Positions 1 through 9,727 are shown, counted from the first letter of the stretch. The stretch: DNA of 24,000 nt from Spirochaetaceae bacterium (GCA_025355995.1 JANXYQ010000099.1:1-24000), one strand, 5' to 3'. Made by a program: numbers and translations. The notes: generated by a model from the letters alone, not told the origin.

Positions 1-81
1 CTCGGGCGGCCGGCCTGACGGTCGGCGCTGCCCTCGCGGCCCCGCGCGATTCGGCTTGCGATGCCGCTCACGCGGCCTTCG

Positions 82-1389
82 TTACTTGTTGGCTTTCTCG
101 AATTCGCGGAGCTTCTCGTTGCCGAGCCGCACCATGTTGTCGAGGCCCTGCTTAACCGTGACCTTGCCGGCGAGGATGTCCTCCCACTGCTGGTCCTCGA
201 TCTCGCGGATGGCGGCGAAGTTGCCGAGGCGGAGGCCCTTCGAATTCTCGGTCGGCGCCTTGTTGTTGAGCTGGAGGATGGCGAGCTCGAGGGCTGGGTT
301 GTCCTTGTAGAAGCCCTGGGACTTGGTCAGCTCGTAGGCGGCCATCGTGATGGGGAAGTAGCCGGTGTTCTGGTGCCAGAAGGCCTGGATCTCGGGCTGG
401 GAGAGGAAGCCGAAGAAATCCGCGACGGCCTTGTACTCGGGCTTGCTCTTGCCATTGAAGACCCAGAGGCTGGCGCCTCCGATAATGGAGTTCTGAGGCG
501 CGGCCTTGACGTCGGGGTAGTAGGGGAGGCGGGCGACGCCGAAGTCGAACTTGCAGCTGGCCTTCATCGTGGCGTAGCCGCCGATAGACTCGAAGTGCAT
601 GCCGACCTGGCCCGCTATGAAGAGCGGATTGGCCTTGTTCTCGCGACCGCCGTAGATGAAGGTTTTATCTTTGGACAGGTCGTAGATGGTCTGGAAATGC
701 TTGACCTGCAGCGGGCTGTTGAAGACGAGCTCGGTGTCGAGGCCGGCCATGCCGTTGGTCTTCGTGGCGAAGGGCTGGTTGTGCCAGGCCGAGAAGTTCT
801 CGAGCTGGATCCAGGAGATCCAGTTGGTCGTGAACCCGCCCTCGTAGCCGGCCGCCTTGATCTTCTTGGCGTCCTCGAAGAATTCGGGCCAGGTGACGGG
901 GGGCTTGTTCGGATCGAGGCCGGCTTTCCGGAAGGCGTCCTTGTTGTAGTACATCACCGAAGTCGAGGAATTGAAGGGCATCGAGAGCATTTTTCCATCG
1001 GAGGTGGAGTAGTAGCCCCTCACCGCGGGGAGGTAGACGCTCGGGTCGAACTTCTCGTTATTCTCGGCCATGAGCTGGTAGACGGGCTTTACGGCGCCCT
1101 TCGCTGCCATGAAGGTGGCGGTGGCCACTTCCTGGACCTGGATGATGGCCGGGGCCGAGCCCGCGCGGAAGGCCGCGATGCCGGCGTTGAGGGTGTCGGG
1201 GTAGGAGCCCTTGAACACGGCGACGACCTTGTAGTCGCTCTGGCTGGCGTTGTACTTGTCGCAGACGGCCTGAGTGATATCGCCGTTCTTCCCGGACATA
1301 GCATGCCAGAACTCGATAGTGACGGGTTCGGCCATAGCGGGGATCGCTACGAGGGCCAAGGCTAATAGGGCTAGGACGATGCGCTTCAT
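82..1389 (-). CDS. ugpB: sn-glycerol-3-phosphate ABC transporter periplasmic substrate-binding protein (UgpB type)
   Basis: 435-aa ORF with ATG at 1389 preceded by a GAGGAGGA RBS. N-terminal Sec signal (LALLALALVAIPAMA). Long collinear motif matches to E. coli UgpB as I recall it: GIAAFRxGxAPAIxQV, PFNSSTxVxYYNKDAFxKAGLDP, WIQLENFSAW, APQNxIIGGASLWV, KGLRLGN. Confidence 0.9.
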   Translation of the reverse strand: MKRIVLALLALALVAIPAMAEPVTIEFWHAMSGKNGDITQAVCDKYNASQSDYKVVAVFKGSYPDTLNAGIAAFRAGSAPAIIQVQEVATATFMAAKGAVKPVYQLMAENNEKFDPSVYLPAVRGYYSTSDGKMLSMPFNSSTSVMYYNKDAFRKAGLDPNKPPVTWPEFFEDAKKIKAAGYEGGFTTNWISWIQLENFSAWHNQPFATKTNGMAGLDTELVFNSPLQVKHFQTIYDLSKDKTFIYGGRENKANPLFIAGQVGMHFESIGGYATMKASCKFDFGVARLPYYPDVKAAPQNSIIGGASLWVFNGKSKPEYKAVADFFGFLSQPEIQAFWHQNTGYFPITMAAYELTKSQGFYKDNPALELAILQLNNKAPTENSKGLRLGNFAAIREIEDQQWEDILAGKVTVKQGLDNMVRLGNEKLREFEKANK

Positions 1390-1579
1390 GAAATCCTCCT
1401 CTTTATCCGCGCGCCTTTCTCGGACACGCGTCTGACAGTGTACGCGCCGGGCCTGATTCCCGCAATCGCGAAATGTTAACGAGAGGTTAGGCTTCGGATA
1501 ATGTTTCTATCGGCAGGAGCCTCGCCCGCCGCGCCTTCCACCTTGCGCTACCGACCTCGCCCGGCTATCCTCCTTTCCC
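1390..1579. promoter_or_regulatory. divergent intergenic region between ugpB (-) and the transporter gene (+); promoters presumed but no hexamers assigned
   Basis: 190-nt non-coding gap flanked by two outward-facing start codons. Confidence 0.3.
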
Positions 1580-2863
1580 ATGAGCGAAACTCGAAGCGAG
1601 CGGCCCGCGAGCGCGGGAATCATGATGAGCTACGGCGTGGGCAAGTTCCTCGCCGAGTTCCTGACGGGCGGCATCGCATCTCTGGTCTTCAAATTCTACG
1701 AGACGGAGATAAAGCTGAGCTCGGGGCTCGTCGCCCTCGTCGTCGTTCTCTATTCGGTCTGGAACGCCGTGAACGATCCCCTCATCGGCTTCTTTACGGC
1801 CAGGCCGCTCCGCCTTTCCGCCAGGCTCGGGCGGCGCTTCCCCTGGATCCTCCTCGGATCGGTGACCTGCGGACTCGTGTTCTTCCTGGTATTCGCCCCT
1901 CCCGCCGGCCTGTCCCAGGCGGGCCTCTTCTTCTGGTTCCTGATAACGATCTGCATCTACGACGCCCTCTATTCGACCTGGGAGCTCAATTACCAGTCGA
2001 TCTTCCCCGACCGCTTCAGGTCGGCCCCCGAGCGCGCCAAGGCGGCCGGGATATCCACCCTGATCGGCGTCTTCGGGATAGCGGCGGGGGCCGTGGTCCC
2101 AACCTTCATCGTCAGGTACGGCGCGCCTTCCACCTATTTCACGACCGCCGCGGTCTTCGCAGTCGCCGCGTTCGTCTTGGCCCTCCTCCTCATCCCCGGC
2201 GTGCGCGAGACTCCCGCGATGGTCGCGCGCTACGTCGAGCAGGAGAAGGCCAGGTCCGAGGCCCCCTCGTTCTGGAAGCTCCTGAAAGAGGCCTTCGGGG
2301 TCCGCGACTTCATGGCCTTCATACTCCTGTATTTCTTCTACCAGGCCGCCACCCTCTCGATGACCGCGTCGATACACTACATCGGCGATTACGTAGTGGG
2401 ACGGAGCACTACGCTCATTTTCGCTGGCATGCTCGTCGGCGCCTTAGCCTCGGTGCCGATCTGGCTCGCGATCGGCAAGAAAGTGAAGTCGCGGCAGACC
2501 CTCCTCGCCTCGGCGGCCGGCGCCCTCGCCCTGCTCTGCCTTCCCCTCGTGCTCGTGACGAGCTACTGGGGCTTCGTCGCCGCCATGTTCGGCTGGGGGC
2601 TCGCCTTCGGGGGCTTCTGGCTCATGATGACCCCCGCGATGGCCGACGTCATCGACGGCATCGTCGTGAAGACCGGCCGCCGCGACGACGGCGTCTATCT
2701 AGGCTTCCGCGCCTTCTTCGGCCGCCTCGCCTACGCCGTGCAGGCCCTCTCGTTCTGGCTGGTCCACAAGGCGACGGGCTTCGCGGAAGACCCCCGCTCG
2801 CCCGAGGCCCGGCTGGCATACGGGTGCACACGGCCCTCATCCCGGCCGTCCTCCTGGCGATAG
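1580..2863 (+). CDS. MFS transporter of the glycoside-pentoside-hexuronide (GPH) cation symporter type, with an apparent frameshift near 2805-2820
   Basis: 427-aa polytopic ORF with about 11 hydrophobic helices. GPH-like N-terminus (SYGVGKF..., WNAVNDPLIGFF). The expected last helix and tail (GIRVHTALIPAVLLAIGVIVFLKVNTLDAEKAEAQRL) are encoded in the adjacent frame, 2815-2949. The start could instead be the MMSYG methionines about 40 nt downstream. Confidence 0.75.
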   Translation: MSETRSERPASAGIMMSYGVGKFLAEFLTGGIASLVFKFYETEIKLSSGLVALVVVLYSVWNAVNDPLIGFFTARPLRLSARLGRRFPWILLGSVTCGLVFFLVFAPPAGLSQAGLFFWFLITICIYDALYSTWELNYQSIFPDRFRSAPERAKAAGISTLIGVFGIAAGAVVPTFIVRYGAPSTYFTTAAVFAVAAFVLALLLIPGVRETPAMVARYVEQEKARSEAPSFWKLLKEAFGVRDFMAFILLYFFYQAATLSMTASIHYIGDYVVGRSTTLIFAGMLVGALASVPIWLAIGKKVKSRQTLLASAAGALALLCLPLVLVTSYWGFVAAMFGWGLAFGGFWLMMTPAMADVIDGIVVKTGRRDDGVYLGFRAFFGRLAYAVQALSFWLVHKATGFAEDPRSPEARLAYGCTRPSSRPSSWR

Positions 2864-3015
2864 GCGTGATAGTATTCCTCAAGGTGAATACCCTCGACGC
2901 GGAGAAGGCCGAGGCTCAGCGCCTCGCGTTAGCTGAAAGCGGTCTGTAGCGAATTGACTTGCGCTCCATGCGAGATATACTCCTGGAAAGCAATAATAAA
3001 TTCCCAGGAGGAATC

Positions 3016-4206
3016 GTGAAAAAATCGTCCCGCATCGCTTCCGCTCTCGGCTTCGCCTGTATCCTCTTCGCCTCGGCCCTCCTCGCGTCCTGCGCTGCGG
3101 ACTCGAGCCGCATCGCGGGCATTTTCGACACGACCTACGCGCCCGGATCGGGAACCGGCCCAGCGGACAATCCCTGGGTCACGAGCCTTGCCAAGCAGAG
3201 CGACGACAAGATAATCATCGGCGGCTATTTCACGACGGACGACGGGGCGGCCCAAGGTCACTTCTCGAGGCATCTGATCGACGGGGCCCTGGACAAGACG
3301 GCTTTCCTCTCGGGAACCGGAGCGGACCAAAGAGTCTGGTCTATCGCGGTACAGGACGACGACAAGATCCTCATCGGCGGGGATTTCCTCAACGTGAACG
3401 GCTCGGTACGACAAAAAATCGCGCGGTTCAACTCCGACGGGAGCCTCGATCCGACCTTTAATCCGGGCATCTGGCCCAATGGAGCCGTCATGGCCATCGT
3501 CGTGCAGAGCGACAAGAAAATACTCATCGGCGGCGCCTTTCACACTGTCGGTGCTTCGCGCAATGGGATCGCCCGGTTGAACGCCGACGGCACGCTGGAT
3601 GCCTCGTTCGCGCCGGGGACCGGCACAGACCTTAATGTCCAATGCATCGCTCTGCAGCCTACCGGGGAAATCCTGATCGGCGGCGCCTTCATTAACTATA
3701 ACGGCGTCGCGAGACAGGGCGTCGCGCGCCTTACCGCGACCGGCGCCTTGGATACGACCTTCGATCCCGGTACGGGCATCGATACGGCGAATCATGCTGC
3801 GCTCTGGCCCTGCGTCCTCGGCATGGCCCTTCAAGTCGACGGCAAGGTTTTGATCGGCGGCAATTTCACTAAGGTCAACGGCGTGGCTCAGGGCTATATC
3901 GCCAGGCTCAACGCCGATGGGACCCTCGACAGCGCCTTCAATGCCGGGGGGGGCGGGTTTACCGCCCATCCCCGGGGCGTTCTCGCCCAATCCGACGGGA
4001 AGATCCTCGTCTGCGGGAATTTCTGGTCATACAACGGCGTCGGCAACAACGTCGGCTTCGTGAGATTAAATGCCAATGGCAGCCTCGATGCCGACTTCGC
4101 GCCCGATACGGGTCCCAAGGGGGACATGTTCGGGATCGTCGTCCAATCGTCCGGCAAGTTCGTCCTGGGAGGATGGAACGCGGCCATCGCGCGCTACAAT
4201 CCATAG
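3016..4206 (+). CDS. secreted lipoprotein with a DUF5122/delta-60-type beta-propeller repeat
   Basis: ORF open from 2959. I prefer GTG 3016, which lies 4 nt after AGGAGG and gives a textbook lipoprotein signal (VKKSSRIASALGFACILFASALLAS-C). About seven repeats of R(L/F)N(A/S)(D/N)G(S/T)LD..F.PG(TG) alternate with D.KIL(I/V)GG.F..(V/Y)NG. Confidence 0.8.
   Translation: MKKSSRIASALGFACILFASALLASCAADSSRIAGIFDTTYAPGSGTGPADNPWVTSLAKQSDDKIIIGGYFTTDDGAAQGHFSRHLIDGALDKTAFLSGTGADQRVWSIAVQDDDKILIGGDFLNVNGSVRQKIARFNSDGSLDPTFNPGIWPNGAVMAIVVQSDKKILIGGAFHTVGASRNGIARLNADGTLDASFAPGTGTDLNVQCIALQPTGEILIGGAFINYNGVARQGVARLTATGALDTTFDPGTGIDTANHAALWPCVLGMALQVDGKVLIGGNFTKVNGVAQGYIARLNADGTLDSAFNAGGGGFTAHPRGVLAQSDGKILVCGNFWSYNGVGNNVGFVRLNANGSLDADFAPDTGPKGDMFGIVVQSSGKFVLGGWNAAIARYNP
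3109..4203 (+). repeat. intragenic tandem repeats, about seven ~50-aa beta-propeller blades
   Basis: The RxNxDGxLD motif recurs roughly every 150-170 nt, for example at about 3421, 3571, 3724, 3901 and 4060. Confidence 0.75.
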
Positions 4207-4253
4207 TTCGCCTTCGCTCCGGGCGGCATAACCCGATCGGCGCGGGCGGAGAG

Positions 4254-4961
4254 CTACGGCTTGTACTCCGCGACGATCGAGGCTACGAGCTCCCTCGCGC
4301 TCGTGATGCCGGCGAGGCCGGGCGTAACGGCTCCGCTCTCCCCGCGCAGGGATCCTGTCCCGACGGGAGAGAGCTGGGCTTTCGCCGGGGCGGCGGCGCC
4401 GCCGATCTCAATCTTGCCTACCCAGACTATGGAGGGCTGGCCGTTCACCTCGCTCCAGCGCGGGTCCGGCTTGGGCAGCTTGTCGGGATAGGAGTCGTTC
4501 CAGTCGAAGCTCGAGTTGACCTCGGCCTTGACGACGTAGACGCCCTTGGCGAGGCTAACCGGCGGGCTCCAGGCCTTTTCGAATCCCTTCGAGGGCGTCG
4601 CGCCGGAGATGGCGTCGGGAAGGGGGCTTTTCTTGTCGGGCATGTACAGTCCGTCGGCCGCCTTGATCCCTCGCGCGAAGGACCAGGCGGGCAGGGCCTC
4701 GGGACGCCTGGCCCCGCCGGCGGCGGACCAGGAAGCCGTCGCGCTCTTTCGCGTGACGTAGATCGTGCCGACATATCGCCCCTGGGCGTCCTCGATCCAT
4801 ATCGCCATCTGCGGCGTAACCGTCAACGAGGCCAGGCCGAGTTTCACCTTGTGCGTATATTCGGGTCCCGCCTGGACGGATACAAGTAGCCTTGGCTCGG
4901 CACAGGCTCCCGCCGCGATCGCGATCGCGAGCCCGAGGGCGATCGCGAGAAGTCCCTTCAT
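4254..4961 (-). CDS. DUF2271-like periplasmic protein, probable lipoprotein
   Basis: 235-aa ORF with ATG 4961 after a GAGGAGG RBS. Signal peptide ends in AAGA-C. Motifs recalled from DUF2271: PQMAIWIEDAQGRYVGTIYV, DAISGATPSKG, GVYVVKAEVNSSFDWN. Family assignment by eye only. Confidence 0.6.
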   Translation of the reverse strand: MKGLLAIALGLAIAIAAGACAEPRLLVSVQAGPEYTHKVKLGLASLTVTPQMAIWIEDAQGRYVGTIYVTRKSATASWSAAGGARRPEALPAWSFARGIKAADGLYMPDKKSPLPDAISGATPSKGFEKAWSPPVSLAKGVYVVKAEVNSSFDWNDSYPDKLPKPDPRWSEVNGQPSIVWVGKIEIGGAAAPAKAQLSPVGTGSLRGESGAVTPGLAGITSARELVASIVAEYKP

Positions 4962-5029
4962 ACATGCCTCCTCGGAGAATCCGACTTATACTCTTATCAT
5001 ATTCGGCGGCCTGAGGATACAATCCAGCC

Positions 5030-5770
5030 ATGGACGCCCGCGCCCGCATCCTCGTCGCCGACGACGAACCCAACCTCCTCGCCAACCTGCTCTACGCCTT
5101 CGAGGCCCAGGGTTACGAGGCCGTGGGCAGGCCGGACGGCGAGTCGGCCTGGGAGGCCTTCCGAGCCGCGCGCTTCGACCTCGCGGTGCTCGACATCATC
5201 ATGCCGAGGGCGGACGGCACCGAGGTCCTTCGCCGCATCCGTTCGGCGGACGCCGAGCTGCCCGTGATATTCCTCACCTCGAAGGACGAGGAGTTCGACA
5301 GGGTGCTCGGCCTCGAGCTCGGCGCGGACGACTACCTGTGCAAGCCCTTCTCCCTGCGCGAGCTCGAGGCGAGGGTTAAGGCCCTGCTCCGCCGGTCGCG
5401 CAGGTCCGCCTCTCATGTCGTCGGCCGCACGGCCGCGTCCTTCCCCCTCGTCGCCTCGGGCCTCGAGCTCGATCCCGAGCGCTTCGAGGCGAGGGCCGAC
5501 GGCTCCCCCATGCGCCTCACCGTGACCGAGTTCCGCGTGCTCGCCGCCCTGGTCAACGCGCCTGGGATCGTCAAGAGCCGCGACGCCCTCGTCGCGGCCG
5601 CCTATCCCGAGGAGACCTACCTGAGCGACCGCGCGATCGATTGCCACGTCAAGCGACTGCGGCGGAAGATAGCGGACGCGGGCGGCGATCCCGGCGCGGT
5701 GGAGACGGTGTACGGCCTCGGGTATCGGCTCAAAGCGCCTTCGCCGCGGCTCGGGGACCCCGCGCCGTGA
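5030..5770 (+). CDS. two-component response regulator, OmpR/PhoB family
   Basis: Receiver domain (ILVADDEP, phospho-acceptor context LAVLDIIMPRADG, LTSKD, KPF). C-terminal winged helix (LTVTEFRVLAALV..., VETVYGLGYRL). Confidence 0.92.
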   Translation: MDARARILVADDEPNLLANLLYAFEAQGYEAVGRPDGESAWEAFRAARFDLAVLDIIMPRADGTEVLRRIRSADAELPVIFLTSKDEEFDRVLGLELGADDYLCKPFSLRELEARVKALLRRSRRSASHVVGRTAASFPLVASGLELDPERFEARADGSPMRLTVTEFRVLAALVNAPGIVKSRDALVAAAYPEETYLSDRAIDCHVKRLRRKIADAGGDPGAVETVYGLGYRLKAPSPRLGDPAP

Positions 5771-7371
5771 GGCTCAAGCCGCGCATCGCCCTGCGGATAT
5801 TCGCCTTCAACGCCCTGCTGGTCTTCCTCCCGGTAGCCGCCTTCTCCCTCCTCGGAAGCTACGAGCGCGGCCTCGTGGACTCGCTCGAGCACGCGCTCGC
5901 GCAGCAGGCCCGCATCACGGCCGCCTGGCTGGGGACTAGCCCGCGACTCGACGCGGCCAGCGCCAAGGGCGCGCTCGCCGCGATAGGCGACAGGCGCACG
6001 GCGCGCTTCCGGGTCGTGGACTCGGAGGGGCGGCTCCTCGCCGACAGCTCCGAGGCGCAGGAAGGAGCCGAGCCCGCCCCGAGCGCGGCCGCCGAGGAGG
6101 ACGCCTCGGGCGAACCCCTCGTCTACCGAGTGTTCTCCGCCCCCGCTCGCCTGTGGCGGCGCTTCCTCGCCCCGCCGACCCCTCCCTTCGGCTCCGCCGA
6201 TTTCTACGCCTCGGCGGGTCCCCGGCTCCGGGGCACCGAAATCCTCGAGGCTCTCGCCGGCCGCTACGGCGCCGCGACGCGCGTATCCTCGGGGGGGCAG
6301 GTGTCGGTCACGCTCTACAGCGCGGTGCCGGTGACCTCGGGCGGGAAAGTGCGGGGCGCGGTGCTCGTCTCGCAGTCGACCTATCGCATATTGCGGGATC
6401 TCTACGCCATCCGCCTGGACATAGCGAGGGTTTTTCTCGTCAGCCTCGCCGCGGCGGGCGCCCTGTCGCTCCTCCTCGCGCTCACCATAGTCGGGCCGCT
6501 CAAGAAGCTGGGCGATGCCGCGGCCGCCGTGCTCGGCTCCGGGCGCCCCGCGGAGGGCACGGCCGCCACCTTTCCCGACAGCCGCAGGGGCGACGAGATA
6601 GGGGATCTCCAGCGCTCATTGCGCGCCCTGGTCCTGCGCCTCGACGAGCGAGTGCGGCAGACAGAGCGCTTCGCGGCGGACGCCGCCCACGAGTTCCGCA
6701 ATCCCCTCGCGGCCATTCGCAGCGCCGCGGAGCTCGCCGAGGGGGCCGTCGACGCGGCGGACCGATCGCGCTTCCACGCGGCGATAGTCGACGACGCCGA
6801 GCGGCTCCGCTCGATGGTGGACGGGCTTAGGAGGCTTTCCCTCGCCGAGGGGGCCGCCGGCCAGGCAGCGCGCGCGAGCGTGGCCCTGCCCGAGGCCGTT
6901 CGCGCGGCCTGCGCCCGCGCGGCGGCGCGTTGCGCGAACGAGGCAGCCGCGAAGAGGATCGCCTTCGAGATAGAGGCCGGCGAGGCGGGCTTGAGCGCGG
7001 AGGTCGACCCGACGGCCCTCGACCTGATCCTGGACAACCTCATCGGCAACGCGGCTTCGTTCGCGGCCGGGAAGGTGCGCGTCCGAATCTCGAGGGAGGA
7101 GGGCGCGGGCGCCGCGATCCGCGTCGAGGACGACGGGCCGGGCATCCCGCCCGAGCACCTGGGACGAGTCTTCGACAGGTTCTTCTCCTATCGTCCTGGC
7201 GAGGGGCGCGGCCAGCACACGGGGCTCGGCCTATCGCTGGCACTCGCGCTGGCGCGATCGCAGGGAGGCGATATCGCGGCCGGCAATATCTCGGGCGAGG
7301 GCGACCCTGGCGGCGCCCGCTTCACGCTGCGCCTGGTCTCAAGCCGCCATAATGCCAAGATAGCGCCATAA
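5767..7371 (+). CDS. membrane sensor histidine kinase (ChvG/CreC-like layout: TM, periplasmic sensing domain, TM, HAMP, HisKA, HATPase_c)
   Basis: GTG 5767 overlaps the regulator's TGA (GTGA). Two TM segments. H-box AAHEFRNPLAAI, N-box LDNLIGNAASF, G1 VEDDGPGIP, F-box RVFDRFF, G2 GLGLSLA. The track ORF start at 5641 would overlap the regulator by 130 nt and is unlikely. Confidence 0.9.
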   Translation: MRLKPRIALRIFAFNALLVFLPVAAFSLLGSYERGLVDSLEHALAQQARITAAWLGTSPRLDAASAKGALAAIGDRRTARFRVVDSEGRLLADSSEAQEGAEPAPSAAAEEDASGEPLVYRVFSAPARLWRRFLAPPTPPFGSADFYASAGPRLRGTEILEALAGRYGAATRVSSGGQVSVTLYSAVPVTSGGKVRGAVLVSQSTYRILRDLYAIRLDIARVFLVSLAAAGALSLLLALTIVGPLKKLGDAAAAVLGSGRPAEGTAATFPDSRRGDEIGDLQRSLRALVLRLDERVRQTERFAADAAHEFRNPLAAIRSAAELAEGAVDAADRSRFHAAIVDDAERLRSMVDGLRRLSLAEGAAGQAARASVALPEAVRAACARAAARCANEAAAKRIAFEIEAGEAGLSAEVDPTALDLILDNLIGNAASFAAGKVRVRISREEGAGAAIRVEDDGPGIPPEHLGRVFDRFFSYRPGEGRGQHTGLGLSLALALARSQGGDIAAGNISGEGDPGGARFTLRLVSSRHNAKIAP

Positions 7372-7403
7372 TTCCGCCGCAATCGCCGCGTATCATACGG
7401 CGC

Positions 7404-8735
7404 ATGAAAGACACCGCGACCGCCCAAGAAAGTCCCGCCAAGAAGCCCGGCCTCCTCGGTTCGGGCGCCCTCTCCGGCCCCGGGGGGAAAGCCTTCCTCG
7501 TGGGCTTCCTCATCGTAGCCTTCCTCCTGCCCCTCGCCCTAGTGCAGCGGATCGTCGACGAGCGCCGCTCGACCCGCGATACCGCCGAAGCCGGGATCAT
7601 CGGCCCCGCGGGTGGAAGGCCCAGCGTCTTCGGTCCCTTCATCGCCCTGCCCTACGAGCTGCGCAGGGACAAGGAACTCGTCACGGGCGAGGTCCTCATC
7701 CTCGCGGACGAGCTTAGCCTGGACTGCACCCTCGGCACCGAGACGCGGAAACGCGGCCTCTTCTCCGCGCCGGTCCTCTCGGCCGACCTGGAGATCAAGG
7801 GAAGGCTGAGCGCCAACGCCGCCGACGCCGTTCCCCCAGGCGCCGTCCTGCGCTGGGACAGGGCGCGGCTCGCCCTCGAGCTGCCGGACCTGCGGGCCCT
7901 GAGGGAGACGCCCCTCGTATCCTGGGACGGCCGAGCCCTCGCCCTTCACCCCGACGCCGGCGAGGGCAGGGCTTTCGGCCGGGCCACTTCGGCCCGCGTC
8001 GCGCTCGTCCCCGGCGAGACCCACGGCTTCGCCGCGAGCCTCAAACTGCGCGGCGGGCGCGAGCTCTCCTTCCTCGAGCCCTCGGGGGCGGTGCGCGCCT
8101 CGCTGCGCGGCGACTGGCCCAGCCCCTCCTTCCGCGGCTACGTCTCGCCCACCGAGCGCTCGGTCGCCAAGTCGGGCTTCGCCGCGAGCTGGTACCTGCC
8201 GGAGAGCTCGCAGGGCCTGCCCCGCGCCTTCGACTCGAGGGCCCTCACGAAGTCGAGCGCCGCGGAGGCGGCCTTCGGCGTCGAGCTCCTCGACGGCGTC
8301 GATTCCTACGACATGGCCTGGCGCGCCGTGCGCTACGGCATGCTCTTCATCGTCGTGCCCTTCGCCGTCCTCTTCCTTTTCGAGATCCTGAGCCGCTCGC
8401 GCGTCCACCCCGTCCAGTACCTCCTCATCGGCCTCGCGAACTGCCTGTTCTATCTCCTCCTCCTCTCCCTCTCCGAGGTAGTCGGCTTCGCCTGGGCTTA
8501 CGCCTTGGCCGCCCTGGTCTGTTCGCTGCTGGCGGGAAGCTACGCGGCGGCGGCCCTCCGCTCCCGGCGCGGCCTCCTCATCCTTCCCGCGCTCGCCCTG
8601 CTGTACGCCTACCTCTACGTCGCCCTGAGCTCCGAGGACTACGCCCTGCTGATCGGCTCCCTGGGCCTCCTCGCGATACTGGCGGCGGCGATGGCCGCGA
8701 CGAGGAAGATCGACTGGTACGGGGCCAGGCCGTGA
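7404..8735 (+). CDS. creD: cell envelope integrity inner-membrane protein CreD
   Basis: 443 aa. Collinear matches to E. coli CreD as recalled: N-terminal TM plus VQRIVDER, WPSPSFRGY...SGFAASW, HPVQYLLIGLANCLFYLLLLSLSEVVGF, terminal TRKIDWY. Confidence 0.88.
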   Translation: MKDTATAQESPAKKPGLLGSGALSGPGGKAFLVGFLIVAFLLPLALVQRIVDERRSTRDTAEAGIIGPAGGRPSVFGPFIALPYELRRDKELVTGEVLILADELSLDCTLGTETRKRGLFSAPVLSADLEIKGRLSANAADAVPPGAVLRWDRARLALELPDLRALRETPLVSWDGRALALHPDAGEGRAFGRATSARVALVPGETHGFAASLKLRGGRELSFLEPSGAVRASLRGDWPSPSFRGYVSPTERSVAKSGFAASWYLPESSQGLPRAFDSRALTKSSAAEAAFGVELLDGVDSYDMAWRAVRYGMLFIVVPFAVLFLFEILSRSRVHPVQYLLIGLANCLFYLLLLSLSEVVGFAWAYALAALVCSLLAGSYAAAALRSRRGLLILPALALLYAYLYVALSSEDYALLIGSLGLLAILAAAMAATRKIDWYGARP

Positions 8736-9727
8736 ACGCGCGACGCCCGAGGGTCGCCATCGTATACGGAGGCCGCTCGGCCGAGCGCGAAGTGTCGATC
8801 ATGTCGGCGCGGACGGTCGCCGCGGCCCTCGATGCTGGCAAGTACGAGCGCGTCCTCATCGTCATCGACGAGAAAGGGCGATGGAGTCAGGGCGGAGAGG
8901 AGTTGGGGATCGAGGGCAGCCTAGCCGGCGTCGACGTCCTCTTTCCGTTGCTCCACGGGCCTTACGGCGAGGACGGCTCGATCCAGGGCCTGGCCCGCCT
9001 CGCCGATCTGCCCTGTGTGGGCGCCGAGCTCCTCGGCTCGGCCCTCTGCATGGACAAGGACGCGGCCAAGCGGATGATGCGCGAGGCGGGGATACCCGTG
9101 GCGCCCTTCATGGCCTTCTCCTCGATCGAGAGGGCGCGCAAGGCGCGCGATGTCGTCTTCGAGACCCTCGGCTGGGACCTTTTCGTGAAGCCGGCGAACA
9201 TGGGGTCCTCGATAGGCGTGTCGAGGTCCCGGACCGAAGCCGAGTACGATGCCGCCCTCGAGCTGGCCTTCCGCTACGACTCCAAGGTCCTCGCGGAGAG
9301 CGCCGTGGCCGGCCGCGAGATGGAGGTCGCAGTCCTAGGCCGCCGCGAGCTTCGGGCCTCCCTGCCCGGCGAGGTGATACCGAGGAAGGGCTTCTACGAC
9401 TACGAGTCGAAGTATTTCGACGAGGACGGAGCCGAGATCGTGGCGCCCGCGAGTCTCGAGCCCAGGGAGGCGGAGGCCTGCCGGAAGCTCGCCCTAGACG
9501 CCTGCCGCGCGCTGTGCGTGACCGGAATGGCGCGCGTCGACATGTTCCTGAGATCCGACGGAAAGCCCGTCGCCAACGAGGTGAACACCATCCCGGGCTT
9601 TACCTCGCGTAGCATGTATCCCCTATTATGGGAGGCGAGCGGGCTGCCCCTGGCGCGGCTCGTCGACGAGCTGATAGCCTCGGCGATAGAGGCTCACGAG
9701 GAGAGGGCGGCATGGACAACGGCATGA
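8732..9727 (+). CDS. ddl: D-alanine--D-alanine ligase
   Basis: GTG 8732 overlaps the creD TGA (GTGA). Motifs: VAIVYGGRSAEREVS, HGPYGEDGSIQG, DKDAAKRMM, FVKPANMGSSIGV, omega-loop FYDYESKY, NEVNTIPGFT. Confidence 0.92.
   Translation: MNARRPRVAIVYGGRSAEREVSIMSARTVAAALDAGKYERVLIVIDEKGRWSQGGEELGIEGSLAGVDVLFPLLHGPYGEDGSIQGLARLADLPCVGAELLGSALCMDKDAAKRMMREAGIPVAPFMAFSSIERARKARDVVFETLGWDLFVKPANMGSSIGVSRSRTEAEYDAALELAFRYDSKVLAESAVAGREMEVAVLGRRELRASLPGEVIPRKGFYDYESKYFDEDGAEIVAPASLEPREAEACRKLALDACRALCVTGMARVDMFLRSDGKPVANEVNTIPGFTSRSMYPLLWEASGLPLARLVDELIASAIEAHEERAAWTTA

Noticed and set aside
61-1365. Long antisense or off-frame ORFs throughout the high-GC parts. Examples: 61-1365 (+), most of 1501-2949 (+), 2929-3990 (-), 4997-5647 (-), 6402-7145 (-), 7539-8408 (-), 9694-10635 (-), 14476-15444 (-), 14766-15923 (+), 20163-21431 (+), 22666-23364 (-).
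   Set aside because: All lie opposite to, or out of frame with, genes that carry clear family motifs. Their translations are Arg/Gly/Pro/Ala-rich low-complexity strings, as expected when stop codons are depleted by high GC. Only the last about 45 codons of 1501-2949 look real (see the transporter frameshift).
4207-4253. Terminator hairpin between the convergent beta-propeller and DUF2271-like genes.
   Set aside because: The GCTCCG ... CGGAGAGC pairing is imperfect, the loop is long, and no T-run follows.
8732-9727. Van-type D-Ala-D-Lac or D-Ala-D-Ser resistance ligase downstream of a two-component system.
   Set aside because: The omega-loop region reads FYDYESKY, the signature I associate with genuine D-Ala-D-Ala ligases (DdlA/DdlB). 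It does not match the VanA-type His-containing loop. No vanH or vanX-like genes are adjacent.
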